Below, one piece after another: positions 1 to 7,838 of a stretch of 64,000 nt of DNA. The stretch spans positions 1,565,570-1,629,569 of the forward strand of contig OY282565.1 in assembly GCA_958296445.1 (NCBI GenBank), in the 5' to 3' direction. Position 1 is the stretch's first letter, and each line of letters starts with the position of its first letter. A model generated the notes under the pieces. The model searched no databases. It was not told where the DNA came from and saw nothing but the letters and a program-made list of their open reading frames with translations. Both the position numbers and the translations under genes were made by a program. The stretch is from an uncultured Dehalococcoidia bacterium. Its GTDB lineage: Bacteria > Chloroflexota > Dehalococcoidia > Lucifugimonadales > UBA3495.

Positions 1-377
1 TTCCGGCGGGTTTGGGGGCCAAGGTTGGCAAGCCGGACAGCCCGGTGGTCTGCGTCACCGGGGACGGCGGCTTTCAGTATAACTTTCAGGAACTGGCTAC
101 CGCCGCCCAATACGATATTCACCCGGTCATTCTGATGTTCAATGACAACGCTTGGGGCGTTCTGAAAAAATACCAGCAGGACCGTTTCGGCGACCGCCTT
201 TTCGCTACGGACTTGGTGAATCCCGATTTCGTAAAGCTGTTTGAGTCTTATGGGTTTGGGGGATCCCGGGTTTCCACGGTGGGGGAGCTGGCGTTGGCGC
301 TGGAGGCTGCGTTGTCCTGCGGCGAGACGCATTTGGTTGAGGTGGCGATACCGGACGGGTTTGGGGCTTTGGTGTAA
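1..377 (+). CDS. C-terminal fragment of a thiamine-pyrophosphate-dependent enzyme (acetolactate synthase-like); 5' end lies outside the window
   Basis: Open to the window edge. Contains the TPP-binding motif region 'VTGDGGFQYNFQELATA...MFNDNAWG', typical of the ThDP C-terminal domain. Confidence 0.7.
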   Translation, partial: PAGLGAKVGKPDSPVVCVTGDGGFQYNFQELATAAQYDIHPVILMFNDNAWGVLKKYQQDRFGDRLFATDLVNPDFVKLFESYGFGGSRVSTVGELALALEAALSCGETHLVEVAIPDGFGALV

Positions 378-430
378 TGGGTTGACATATCCGCCCTACG
401 GCTTCAGACTCAAGAAAAAGGAGCTAAAGG

Positions 431-883
431 ATGGGAAATGCTAATTTCAAGGACGCTCTGCGAGACTTAATCGAGAAAAATGGTGGCCTAGACCGAGGTA
501 ATTTGGATCGGCTATCTGATAAAATCAGAGAGGTCAAACCAGATTTTTCTGCGGCCTACCTGCGAAGGCTACTGTCTGGACATCCTCCTAGACGCGAAGA
601 CCGCGAGGCGATTTCGCAGGTTTTGGAACCGGAATCTGAAAGATGGATGTCTATGTACTGGGATGTTGAAGAAGTGGATAAGAGGGAACTAGCTAGATTG
701 GCATCGCAACATACAAAAAGCCCTGTACTTGCCAAAGAGCTCGTTGACGGCCTCTTGGATCGCGTGAGTTATCGCGACAAGAAGTTGTCGGAAAATGATG
801 TTCACAGAATTTTTGAAGAGTTGCACTGGGGAAAGATGCAAGAAGTTGAAATTGACGTATTTCAACTTCAGGGGCAATTTTAA
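431..883 (+). CDS. Small XRE-like helix-turn-helix protein (putative partner of the downstream ImmA/IrrE peptidase)
   Basis: 150-aa ORF. 'SAAYLRRLLSGHPPRREDREAISQVL' resembles an XRE HTH. Visibly lower GC than the flanks. The stop lies 3 nt before the next gene. Confidence 0.45.
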   Translation: MGNANFKDALRDLIEKNGGLDRGNLDRLSDKIREVKPDFSAAYLRRLLSGHPPRREDREAISQVLEPESERWMSMYWDVEEVDKRELARLASQHTKSPVLAKELVDGLLDRVSYRDKKLSENDVHRIFEELHWGKMQEVEIDVFQLQGQF

Positions 884-885
884 CT

Positions 886-1728
886 ATGGCACGCACAGAG
901 AAGAATGCCCTACAGCAAGTAGTCGAAACATTTTCATTGGAAGCACTTCCTCGGTCGGTAGATTTGAATGAACTGGCAGTCAAATTTGGCGTATCCTCTG
1001 TAGAAGTGGACACCATCTCTTCAGAAGCTATGCTAGTTCCTAGTGCAGACGGCTACAAGATAATCTTGAAAAAATCCGATTCACCTAGCGGTCTCACTAG
1101 GCAGAGATTTTCATTTGCCCACGAGCTGGGACATTTACTGCTAAAATCTGTCGGATACAGCGGCAATTCCAGTTCTGGCGCCAAACATCGTGAAAAGCAC
1201 GGCTATAACGAAGAAGAAAGGCTATGCGATCAGATTGCTGCCGAAATCTTGATGCCCGGCGTCGCATTTACTTCTGATGCCGCAGAGTCTGAATGGTCTT
1301 TGAGCAAACTTAGCCATTTGGCTGGAATGTACGGCACTTCCATTCCGGCTACCGCCAGACGGATGATTGGTCTTATACCAGAGCCGTGTGTTATGGGGAT
1401 ATGGAAGCCCGCTGCCTCTGATACAGAAACCCATAGCCTGCAACAATCATTTGGAACACAAAGCAGATATGGAGTGCCCAACGCAACGCGCTTGTCCCGC
1501 CTGCGGTTGTGGCTAATAGCTCGAGCCGCAAATAGTCGAAGAGTGGAATCCGGTATTTTGCCACTCCTTGCCCGGAACCGGCCTTCGGCTTCTCCGCCTG
1601 ATGTTCCCGCTGATGCTTGGGCTTGGGGGAAAGATGAATTTCGCCGAGTTATGGTCTTCTATTATCCTGAAAGGAAACTGACGGATGATATGTTGACTAT
1701 TGCAAATGCAACTTGGCGGTCGATGTGA
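886..1728 (+). CDS. ImmA/IrrE-family zinc metallopeptidase (DUF955/COG2856-like)
   Basis: HEXXH motif in the typical context 'FSFAHELGHLLL', with a downstream 'EERLCDQIAAEILMP'. Adjacent to the HTH gene. Confidence 0.75.
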   Translation: MARTEKNALQQVVETFSLEALPRSVDLNELAVKFGVSSVEVDTISSEAMLVPSADGYKIILKKSDSPSGLTRQRFSFAHELGHLLLKSVGYSGNSSSGAKHREKHGYNEEERLCDQIAAEILMPGVAFTSDAAESEWSLSKLSHLAGMYGTSIPATARRMIGLIPEPCVMGIWKPAASDTETHSLQQSFGTQSRYGVPNATRLSRLRLWLIARAANSRRVESGILPLLARNRPSASPPDVPADAWAWGKDEFRRVMVFYYPERKLTDDMLTIANATWRSM

Positions 1729-3248
1729 GTCAATCAGCGCATACACAGCCAGAATCATCTGGGCATCAAATCTCTTTCTTTCAAGATACTCCCCCGGCGG
1801 GGCAAAATCTTAGCGGCAATGCTGTACCCCCGGCCCTTGGCTCCTCCGATACATCTGAGGCCAGTACTCCTTACCCCCGGCAGGTGTATCCGCTGGATGC
1901 GCGGCTATATTCGGAGGAGCAGATTGCTGTTGCTTTTGCTATGACGTCGCGGCGGGCTGAGTCTTTTGATGAGATTGCGCGGCAGGTTAGCGAGGAGACG
2001 GCGGCCGATTTTCATGAGCGTTGGGTGGTGGGGTACGGGCACGCTTCGGTGGCGGAACACGCCGTGGTTCATTTGGCGGTGGAGAACATTTCCCGCTTGG
2101 CCTGCGATGGGCTGGAAGATAACCGTTTGGCTTCCTATACCGAAAAGTCGTCGCGGTATCAGGTGATGCCCGACGATTATTTTCATATTCCTGCTGAGTT
2201 GGACGGGTATCCCGGTATGCGGGAGGAATATGAAGGGGCTTGCCGTTATCTTTTTGATGCATACCGGAAGCTGATTGACGGTTGCGTGGAGTATTTGCGG
2301 GGCGTCCGTAGGCAGGGGGCGCGGGAGGGCGATTCGGCTTACCGGCTGCGCGTCCGGCGTATTGCTACCGACGGCTGCCGGGCGGTTTTGCCGGCGGCGA
2401 CTTTGACTAACGTGGGGGTTACGGCCAACGCCCGCACTCTGGAACACGGCATATCGAAGTTGCTGTCGTCGGGGCTGGAGGAGGAGCGGCAGTTGGGGCT
2501 GGCGATGAGGGAGCAGGGGCGGGCGGTTACGCCTACGCTAATCAAGTATGCGGAGGAAACGCCGTATCTGGAGCGGCTTCAGCGACGCGGGGGCGGGTTG
2601 GCGGATTCGCCGGATTCCGTTGATGGGCCGTCGCCGGTTGAGGTGCGGCTGGTTCATTGGGACGGGCAGGCGGAGGAAAAGCTGGCGGCGGCGTTGCTGT
2701 ACGGCGTTTCCGGGCTGGATTATCCGGCGGTCTGGGAGTGGGTGCAGGGGATGACGGGGGCGGAACGGCAAGGCGTTATTGACGATGCTTTGTCCGGTAT
2801 GGGCCCTTATGACGCGCCGCCGCGTGAATTGGAAGTTGTGGATTATACATTTGAGTTTTTGCTGGATTATGGGGCGTTCCGGGAGTTCCGGCGGCACCGG
2901 ATGCAGACTTATTTGCCGCAGGCGTTGACGGTGGCGCACGGGGTTCGGACGCCGACGGTGGTTGCGGAGGCGGGGCTGGAGCCGTTGCTGGTTGACGCTG
3001 CGGGGGTTGCGGAGCGGGCTTTTCATAGGATATATGAAGTGTCTCCGGCGGTGGCGCAGTATGTGGTTACTCACGCCCATAACCGGCGGGTGGTTTCGAA
3101 GCTGAATTTGCGGGAATGTTATCACTTGTTCAAGCTGCGGACTTCGGCGATGGCGCATGAGTCGATCCGCGTTCCTATGCTGGAGGCGCTGGGGTTGGCG
3201 CGGGAACGGCATCCGGGGTTGTTCCGGGGGTTGCGGTTGCGGGATTAG
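1713..3248 (+). CDS. thyX: Long-form (two-lobed) ThyX-like FAD-dependent thymidylate synthase family protein
   Basis: ThyX-type motifs are split over the two halves: 'HASVAEHAVVHL...NRLASYTEKSSRYQ' in the first and 'FREFRRHRMQTY...ECYHLFKLRTSAMAHESIR' in the second. Start is uncertain (TTG 1713 or GTG 1725). Overlaps the ImmA 3' end. Confidence 0.6.
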   Translation: MAVDVSQSAHTQPESSGHQISFFQDTPPAGQNLSGNAVPPALGSSDTSEASTPYPRQVYPLDARLYSEEQIAVAFAMTSRRAESFDEIARQVSEETAADFHERWVVGYGHASVAEHAVVHLAVENISRLACDGLEDNRLASYTEKSSRYQVMPDDYFHIPAELDGYPGMREEYEGACRYLFDAYRKLIDGCVEYLRGVRRQGAREGDSAYRLRVRRIATDGCRAVLPAATLTNVGVTANARTLEHGISKLLSSGLEEERQLGLAMREQGRAVTPTLIKYAEETPYLERLQRRGGGLADSPDSVDGPSPVEVRLVHWDGQAEEKLAAALLYGVSGLDYPAVWEWVQGMTGAERQGVIDDALSGMGPYDAPPRELEVVDYTFEFLLDYGAFREFRRHRMQTYLPQALTVAHGVRTPTVVAEAGLEPLLVDAAGVAERAFHRIYEVSPAVAQYVVTHAHNRRVVSKLNLRECYHLFKLRTSAMAHESIRVPMLEALGLARERHPGLFRGLRLRD

Positions 3249-3403
3249 GCGGGGGACGTTCCCACCCTTGCCCTTCCCCGGATGGGGGAGGGGGTTTTTT
3301 CAGGGGAAGGGTGTCGTCGGCGTGCGGTGAGATTCTTCGCTTTGCTCAGAATGACAGACATTTGCTTAGGGTGATGGGCATTTGCTTGGAATGACAGAGA
3401 AAG

Positions 3404-3919
3404 TTATGGTTGGGACAGGCGGGCGGTGAAGTTGGCTAGGCGGGCGCCTAGGTTTTGGGCTTGGGCTAGGTCGTTGGGGGTGGGGGGGCCGGCGGCGGTG
3501 GCGCCGTAGTAGGAGCCGGAGGTTCGCATTCGGTCTGACCAGGGGAGGCCGACAATGAGCATTCCGCAGGCGAGCATCCAGTGGATTAGCTGGCGCAGGG
3601 TGGTCTCTAGGCCGGAATGCCGCCCGGTGCCGGTGGTGAAGGCTGCGCCTGGGCGTCCGGCTAGGGCGCGTTCTTCCCACAGGTCGCCTTGGTCGTCCAG
3701 CCATTGCTTGAAAGAGCCGGTGATGCCGCTCCAGTTGGGGGAGCCTAGAATCAGCCCGTTGGCGGCCAGCAGGTCGTTGCGGGTTGCTTCGTTGATGGTT
3801 TTTAGCGACGGTTTCGCTAGGCTGGATGCTGCCACGCCTTGGGCGGCGGCCTGGGCTATGCTTTCGATGCTGCGGCCTTTGGGGTCATAGAGTATTAGGA
3901 CTGAATGAGGGGATGGCAT
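3404..3919 (-). CDS. Flavodoxin-like fold NAD(P)H:quinone oxidoreductase (WrbA-like)
   Basis: 'VLILYDPKGRS...LILGSPNWSGITGSFKQWLD...AAFTTGTGRHSGLETT' matches the WrbA/flavodoxin pattern. Start was moved to the internal ATG at 3919 (MPSPHSV). Confidence 0.65.
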   Translation of the reverse strand: MPSPHSVLILYDPKGRSIESIAQAAAQGVAASSLAKPSLKTINEATRNDLLAANGLILGSPNWSGITGSFKQWLDDQGDLWEERALAGRPGAAFTTGTGRHSGLETTLRQLIHWMLACGMLIVGLPWSDRMRTSGSYYGATAAGPPTPNDLAQAQNLGARLANFTARLSQP

Positions 3920-3939
3920 TGTTGCGTCCATTGGTTGGG

Positions 3940-4062
3940 TTAGGGGTCGGAGCAGTCGCGGGTGTAGCCGCAGTTGGGGCAGCGGATTTTGCATTTCCGG
4001 GCCACCATTTCGGCGCCGCAGATTTCGCAGCTAAGGTCGTTGGCGGTGGGTTGTTGGCGCAT
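3940..4062 (-). CDS. Small zinc-ribbon protein (40 aa)
   Basis: 'CEICGAEMVARKCKIRCPNCGYTRDC' gives two CxxC pairs. Lies directly upstream of the WrbA-like gene on the same strand. Confidence 0.35.
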   Translation of the reverse strand: MRQQPTANDLSCEICGAEMVARKCKIRCPNCGYTRDCSDP

Positions 4063-4140
4063 TGGGTTTGCTCCTGTTTTGGATGGAATGAGTATAACAA
4101 CCGCGCGTGGGGTGGGCCAATGGGCAAGTGTCATTAAAAA

Positions 4141-4407
4141 TTGTTGCGGGGTTTTTTGCGGCGGGGTGCTAGGGCGCACGGCTGTGCGCCCCTACGGGTG
4201 CGGTGGGATGCTAGGGCGCATGGTTGCGGGTGGCGTTAAAACGGGGGCGGGATTTTTTGCGGCGGGGTGCTAGGGCGCACGGCTGTGCGCCCCTACGGGT
4301 GCGGTGGGATGCTAGGGCGCATGGTTACGGGTGGCGTTGAAAATGGGGGTGGGGTTTTTGTGGCGGGATACTGGGGCGCACGGCTGTGCGCCCCTACTGG
4401 TGCGGTG
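4141..4407. repeat. About 101-bp tandem repeat (about 2.6 units) carrying the GGGCGCAC-GGCT-GTGCGCCC hairpin; continues at 5825-5935 beyond the IS insertion
   Basis: 'gcggcggggtgctagggcgcacggctgtgcgcccctac' recurs at 4158, 4259 and, degenerate, about 4360. Confidence 0.85.
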
Positions 4408-4453
4408 GGTTCTGTTGCATTTGCTGGGTAGCTGGCAAGGAAAGCGCGGCGCT

Positions 4454-4921
4454 CTACGCCGTGACGTCGCGTTCCAGCTCCCAAATGGCTTTGACCTTCT
4501 GTTCCATCCTCAAGGCTTTCTGAAGATTGTCAATCGCATCTGTCACCCAACTGTCAACACTGGCACGTGCTTCCTCTATGGATTGCGGATGGTTCTCCTT
4601 GCATTGGGGGTCGCTGCACACGCAATAAAAGTAAATGGTGAAATCGCCCGGCGCGGATTGCTTCCTTTCGTAATCCCACCCGGCAATAAACGGATCCCCG
4701 AGGTAGCCCCCCGTCTTAACCCATTCCCTGATGTCAACGCTTTCAGCCATAGCGTCCCATTCCTCGCCAATCACGCCTTGATTCCCTAACAGGATGTAGG
4801 AGTTAATTTTCGCCCAATGCCAGATTTGCTTTTTCTCGAAAGCCACCGGGCAATTGATGAGTAGCCTGTTCCCGTACTCAGGGACATTGATTTCCGCCTC
4901 GTTAGGCCAGAATTTCGTCAT
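4454..4921 (-). CDS. Hypothetical protein (passenger gene inside the IS6-family element)
   Basis: 155-aa ORF inside the IRs. It starts 3 nt after the transposase stop. I recognise no family. Contains 'CVCSDPQCKENH'. Confidence 0.5.
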   Translation of the reverse strand: MTKFWPNEAEINVPEYGNRLLINCPVAFEKKQIWHWAKINSYILLGNQGVIGEEWDAMAESVDIREWVKTGGYLGDPFIAGWDYERKQSAPGDFTIYFYCVCSDPQCKENHPQSIEEARASVDSWVTDAIDNLQKALRMEQKVKAIWELERDVTA

Positions 4922-4923
4922 TG

Positions 4924-5817
4924 CTATATCCCTCCAGCATTATTGACTTTCACCGCGGCCACGTCTTCCCAATCCTTGAATGGCAATTCCGCCCCGGCCG
5001 CTTCCGCCGGCCGCTTTCCCTTCAGGCTTTCGTGGGGGCGGAAATAATTGTAGTGGAGTACCAGCCCGTCAATGTAGGATTGCCCGGTTTCCCGCTTTTT
5101 CAATGCCCGTAGCGTCTTATCCCGGTCTCGCAGTGTGCCTTGCAGTCGCTCGCTCAGATTGTTGTTGATTTCCGCCCGTATGCCCTTGCTCACCACGTGC
5201 TTGACCGGGCGGGTTGGAAATGCCCGCGGCAACGCATCCCGGTATGACCGCAACCCATCCGTCTTGACTTGCTGGGGCGGATTTTCCGCCCGTTCCCTTG
5301 CCAGACTCAAGGCCGTCGCCGCGGCGCGTGTCGTCCTTACCGGGGATAGATACGCCGCCAGCACAAACCGGCTGTCGCTATCCATCACGTTGAATAACCA
5401 GTAATTCTTGCCGCCGACATTGACCACCAGTTCATCGGCAACCCATACGTCTCCGGTGGCAACCTTCATTGGCTTAACGATTTCATCCGCCCTTTCCGTC
5501 AATTCCCTAACCCATCGGTAGACTGTTGCCGGGTTGGTTTTCCTGTCAAAGTATTGCCCGATGTTTTCCGCCGTGCGCCTGTAGGATAGGCCGTCAAAGT
5601 ACATATCTACCGCGGCCCCCTTTTCGTGCGGGGTGGCGTGGGGATGGATGGGCGTCGGCGGATTGACGGGTTTCCCGTTTTCGTCAAGGATGATTACCCG
5701 CTTGCCCTTGCCTGAAGTCCGGCAGGTTTCGCAGGCAAGGCCGCTTTTTCGCTTACAGGATGACCCGCACAAATGCCCCATCGCTGGTATGCTATGCCAA
5801 CTACCCAGCAAATGCAA
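4924..5817 (-). CDS. IS6-family DDE transposase with an N-terminal Cys-rich (zinc-finger-like) segment
   Basis: DDE context: 'VWVADELVV', 'VKTDGLRSYRDAL' and 'NNNLSERLQGTLRDRDK'. N-terminus reads 'CGSSCKRKSGLACETC'. The start lies inside the right IR; an alternative ATG is at 5781. Confidence 0.8.
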   Translation of the reverse strand: MHLLGSWHSIPAMGHLCGSSCKRKSGLACETCRTSGKGKRVIILDENGKPVNPPTPIHPHATPHEKGAAVDMYFDGLSYRRTAENIGQYFDRKTNPATVYRWVRELTERADEIVKPMKVATGDVWVADELVVNVGGKNYWLFNVMDSDSRFVLAAYLSPVRTTRAAATALSLARERAENPPQQVKTDGLRSYRDALPRAFPTRPVKHVVSKGIRAEINNNLSERLQGTLRDRDKTLRALKKRETGQSYIDGLVLHYNYFRPHESLKGKRPAEAAGAELPFKDWEDVAAVKVNNAGGI

Positions 5818-5997
5818 CAGAACCGTGCGGTGGGATGCTAGGGCGTACGGCTACGGGGTGGCGTTAATAACGGGGGAGGGATTTTTTGCGGCGGGGTGCT
5901 AGGGCGCACGGCTGTGCGCCCCTACGGGTGGGGTTAAAGGCGGCCCAAGGTGGGATTCTTCGCTTTGCTCAGAATGACAGGTAGGTGGCGGTGGGGG

Positions 5998-6900
5998 TTA
6001 GGGTAGGGGGGTTTCTAGGATTGTGTTGGTTGGGGTGGGGGGGTTGGTTTGGGCTAGGGGGCCTTGGGTTAGTTGGACGGAGTCGAATTGGGTTAGGGGG
6101 TTGTTGGGGTTTAGGGCTAGGGTGCCCCAGCCGCGTTCATCTATGTCCATATCGCCGGCCCGGATTTTTTCTGCGCCTTGGGTTAGCCATACTTGATAGG
6201 CTGAATCGCTGTTTAGGGGGTCTAGGTTGGATGCCATAATTACGCCGGTTGAGCCGTCGCCGGATAGTACCAGTACGCCCCGGGATGGGCTGTTGGGTTG
6301 CATGGGGTTCATTACTAGGGACTGGTTGCCGGGTTGGGCTAGGGTGTTTTGCAGGAACTGGAGGCTGCCTTGCATTTGGGTAACGGTATCCGATGCTTGG
6401 GCTAGGCGGGCGGTGGCGGTGGCCTGATTCTGTCCCATTGCTTGGCGTAGCTGGACGTTTTCCGCTTCCATTTCGGTCATTTGGCCCGACATCTGGATGT
6501 TGAGGGTGATTACGAAGGCGACTAGGGCGATGGCGGCGACGGCGGTTACGGGCATCAGCAGGCGCCCCCAACGGCTGCCTAGGGCCGAGTAGATACCGTT
6601 CCAGCTTGGCGGGCGGCGGCGATTGGATACCGATACCCTTTGCGGGGGCGGCGGCGTTTCGCCGGGGGGCAGCAGTTCTATGGAGGCCAGCAGACGGGTT
6701 CGCACTCGCTCCGGCGGCGCGTGGGCTGGGGCGGTGTAGGCTAGGGCGGCGGCGGTTTGGAGGTGGCCGTCAATGACCGCGGCGCACTGCTGGCAGTCCT
6801 CGAGGTGGTCGAGGACGGTCTGCTCTTCGTCCGGCTCTAGGGCGTCTAGGGCGAAGGGTTCGAGCAGGTCGGCGGGGTGGGTGGCGTTATTCGTCGTCAT
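5998..6900 (-). CDS. Anti-sigma factor (zinc-finger/RskA-like, single transmembrane helix)
   Basis: N-terminus 'LDHLEDCQQCAAVIDGH' (HxxxCxxC), a central TM segment 'LLMPVTAVAAIALVAFVITL', and an RskA-like 'YQVWL' C-terminus. Lies downstream of the ECF sigma gene. Confidence 0.75.
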   Translation of the reverse strand: MTTNNATHPADLLEPFALDALEPDEEQTVLDHLEDCQQCAAVIDGHLQTAAALAYTAPAHAPPERVRTRLLASIELLPPGETPPPPQRVSVSNRRRPPSWNGIYSALGSRWGRLLMPVTAVAAIALVAFVITLNIQMSGQMTEMEAENVQLRQAMGQNQATATARLAQASDTVTQMQGSLQFLQNTLAQPGNQSLVMNPMQPNSPSRGVLVLSGDGSTGVIMASNLDPLNSDSAYQVWLTQGAEKIRAGDMDIDERGWGTLALNPNNPLTQFDSVQLTQGPLAQTNPPTPTNTILETPLP

Positions 6901-7185
6901 CTTCTTGTAGCGCAGTTCGCAGTTTTTGCGTTGGCGGAGGGTTCGAGCAGGTCGGCGGGATGGGTGGCGTTATTCGTCGTCATCTTCCTGTAGCGCGGTT
7001 CGCAGTTTTTGCGTTGGCGGAGGGTTCGAGTAGGTTGGGGGGATGGGTGGCGTTATTCGTCGTCATTTTCCTGTAGCGCGGTTCGGAGTTTTTGCGTTGG
7101 CGGAGGGTTCGAGCAGGTTGGCGGGGTGGGTGGCGTTATTCGTCGTCATCTTCTTGTAGCGCGGTTCTTAGTTTTTGCATTGCTA
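6853..7185. repeat. 83-bp tandem repeat, 4 units, spanning the sigma-factor 3' end and the anti-sigma 5' end
   Basis: The motif 'ggcgttattcgtcgtcat' has its 'cat' at 6898, 6981, 7064 and 7147, exactly 83 nt apart. Confidence 0.9.
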
Positions 7186-7795
7186 GGCGGACTCTGGTTT
7201 TTACGGTTCCTAGGGGTTGGGAGAGTCTTTCGGCCATTTCGGATTGGGAGTAGCCCTCGAAGTAGGCCAGCTCGATGACTTCGCGCTGGTTGTCGGGTAG
7301 GGTTTCTAGGGCGCGGATTATGCGCTCCCGCTCTAGGTTTTGGGATACTTGGGACTCTACTGAGGGGTCGCCGGAGGGCAGCCTTTCTAGGGTGTCGTAG
7401 CCTTCCGGGTCGGTTAGGGTGTCGGCGCGGCGGCGGGAGCGGATGACGTCCACTACGCGGTGGTGGGCGACGCTCATTATCCAGGAGCGGGGGTTGCCCC
7501 GGCTGGCGTTGAAACTTTCGGCCTTTAGCCAGATGTTCAGGAAAACGTCTTGGGTCACTTCTTCGGCTAGGGGGGGTTGTTTTAGCATACGCAGGGACAG
7601 GGAATAAACGGGGGTCATATATCGGGTGTACAGGGTGTTGAGGGCGTCTTTGTCTTTGGCGGCGATGCGCTCCAGTAGCTGATTATCGTCGGGTTCACCG
7701 GGCGCGGGCGGTTCACCGGGCGCAGGTGGTTCGCCGGGCGCGGGCGTTGGGCCGGTTGGAGGTAGGGGGCGCTGGGCCGCCAATTCATCGTCCAT
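7136..7795 (-). CDS. ECF-type RNA polymerase sigma-70 family factor
   Basis: Region 2 'TQDVFLNIWLKAESF...SWIMSVAHHRVVDVIR' and region 4 'REVIELAYFEGYSQSEMAERLSQPLGTVKTRVRLAMQKLR'. Confidence 0.85.
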   Translation of the reverse strand: MDDELAAQRPLPPTGPTPAPGEPPAPGEPPAPGEPDDNQLLERIAAKDKDALNTLYTRYMTPVYSLSLRMLKQPPLAEEVTQDVFLNIWLKAESFNASRGNPRSWIMSVAHHRVVDVIRSRRRADTLTDPEGYDTLERLPSGDPSVESQVSQNLERERIIRALETLPDNQREVIELAYFEGYSQSEMAERLSQPLGTVKTRVRLAMQKLRTALQEDDDE

Positions 7796-7838
7796 ATCAG
7801 TATACGTCGGTTATGCCGTACCGGATTCAGGGCGGGCG

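Larger units (their letters stand above)
4408..5824 (-). mobile_element. IS6-family insertion sequence with a passenger ORF
   Basis: Terminal inverted repeats match 28/29: GGTTCTGTTGCATTTGCTGGGTAGCTGGC at 4408-4436 versus the reverse complement of 5796-5824. They begin with the IS6-type GGnnCTGTTGCA. An 8-bp direct repeat GTGCGGTG flanks the element at 4400-4407 and 5825-5832. Confidence 0.85.

Noticed and set aside
3249-3300. G/C-tract hairpins of the type 'ccctccccc-gga-gggggaggg' after thyX (about 3270-3300), after the DUF35 gene (about 49215-49240) and after 50703..50999 (about 51000-51060), considered as another mobile repeat family.
   Set aside because: They are short and imperfect, and each is followed by T-runs at gene ends. 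This is most simply explained as intrinsic terminators with a shared low-complexity look. There is not enough sequence to call a family.
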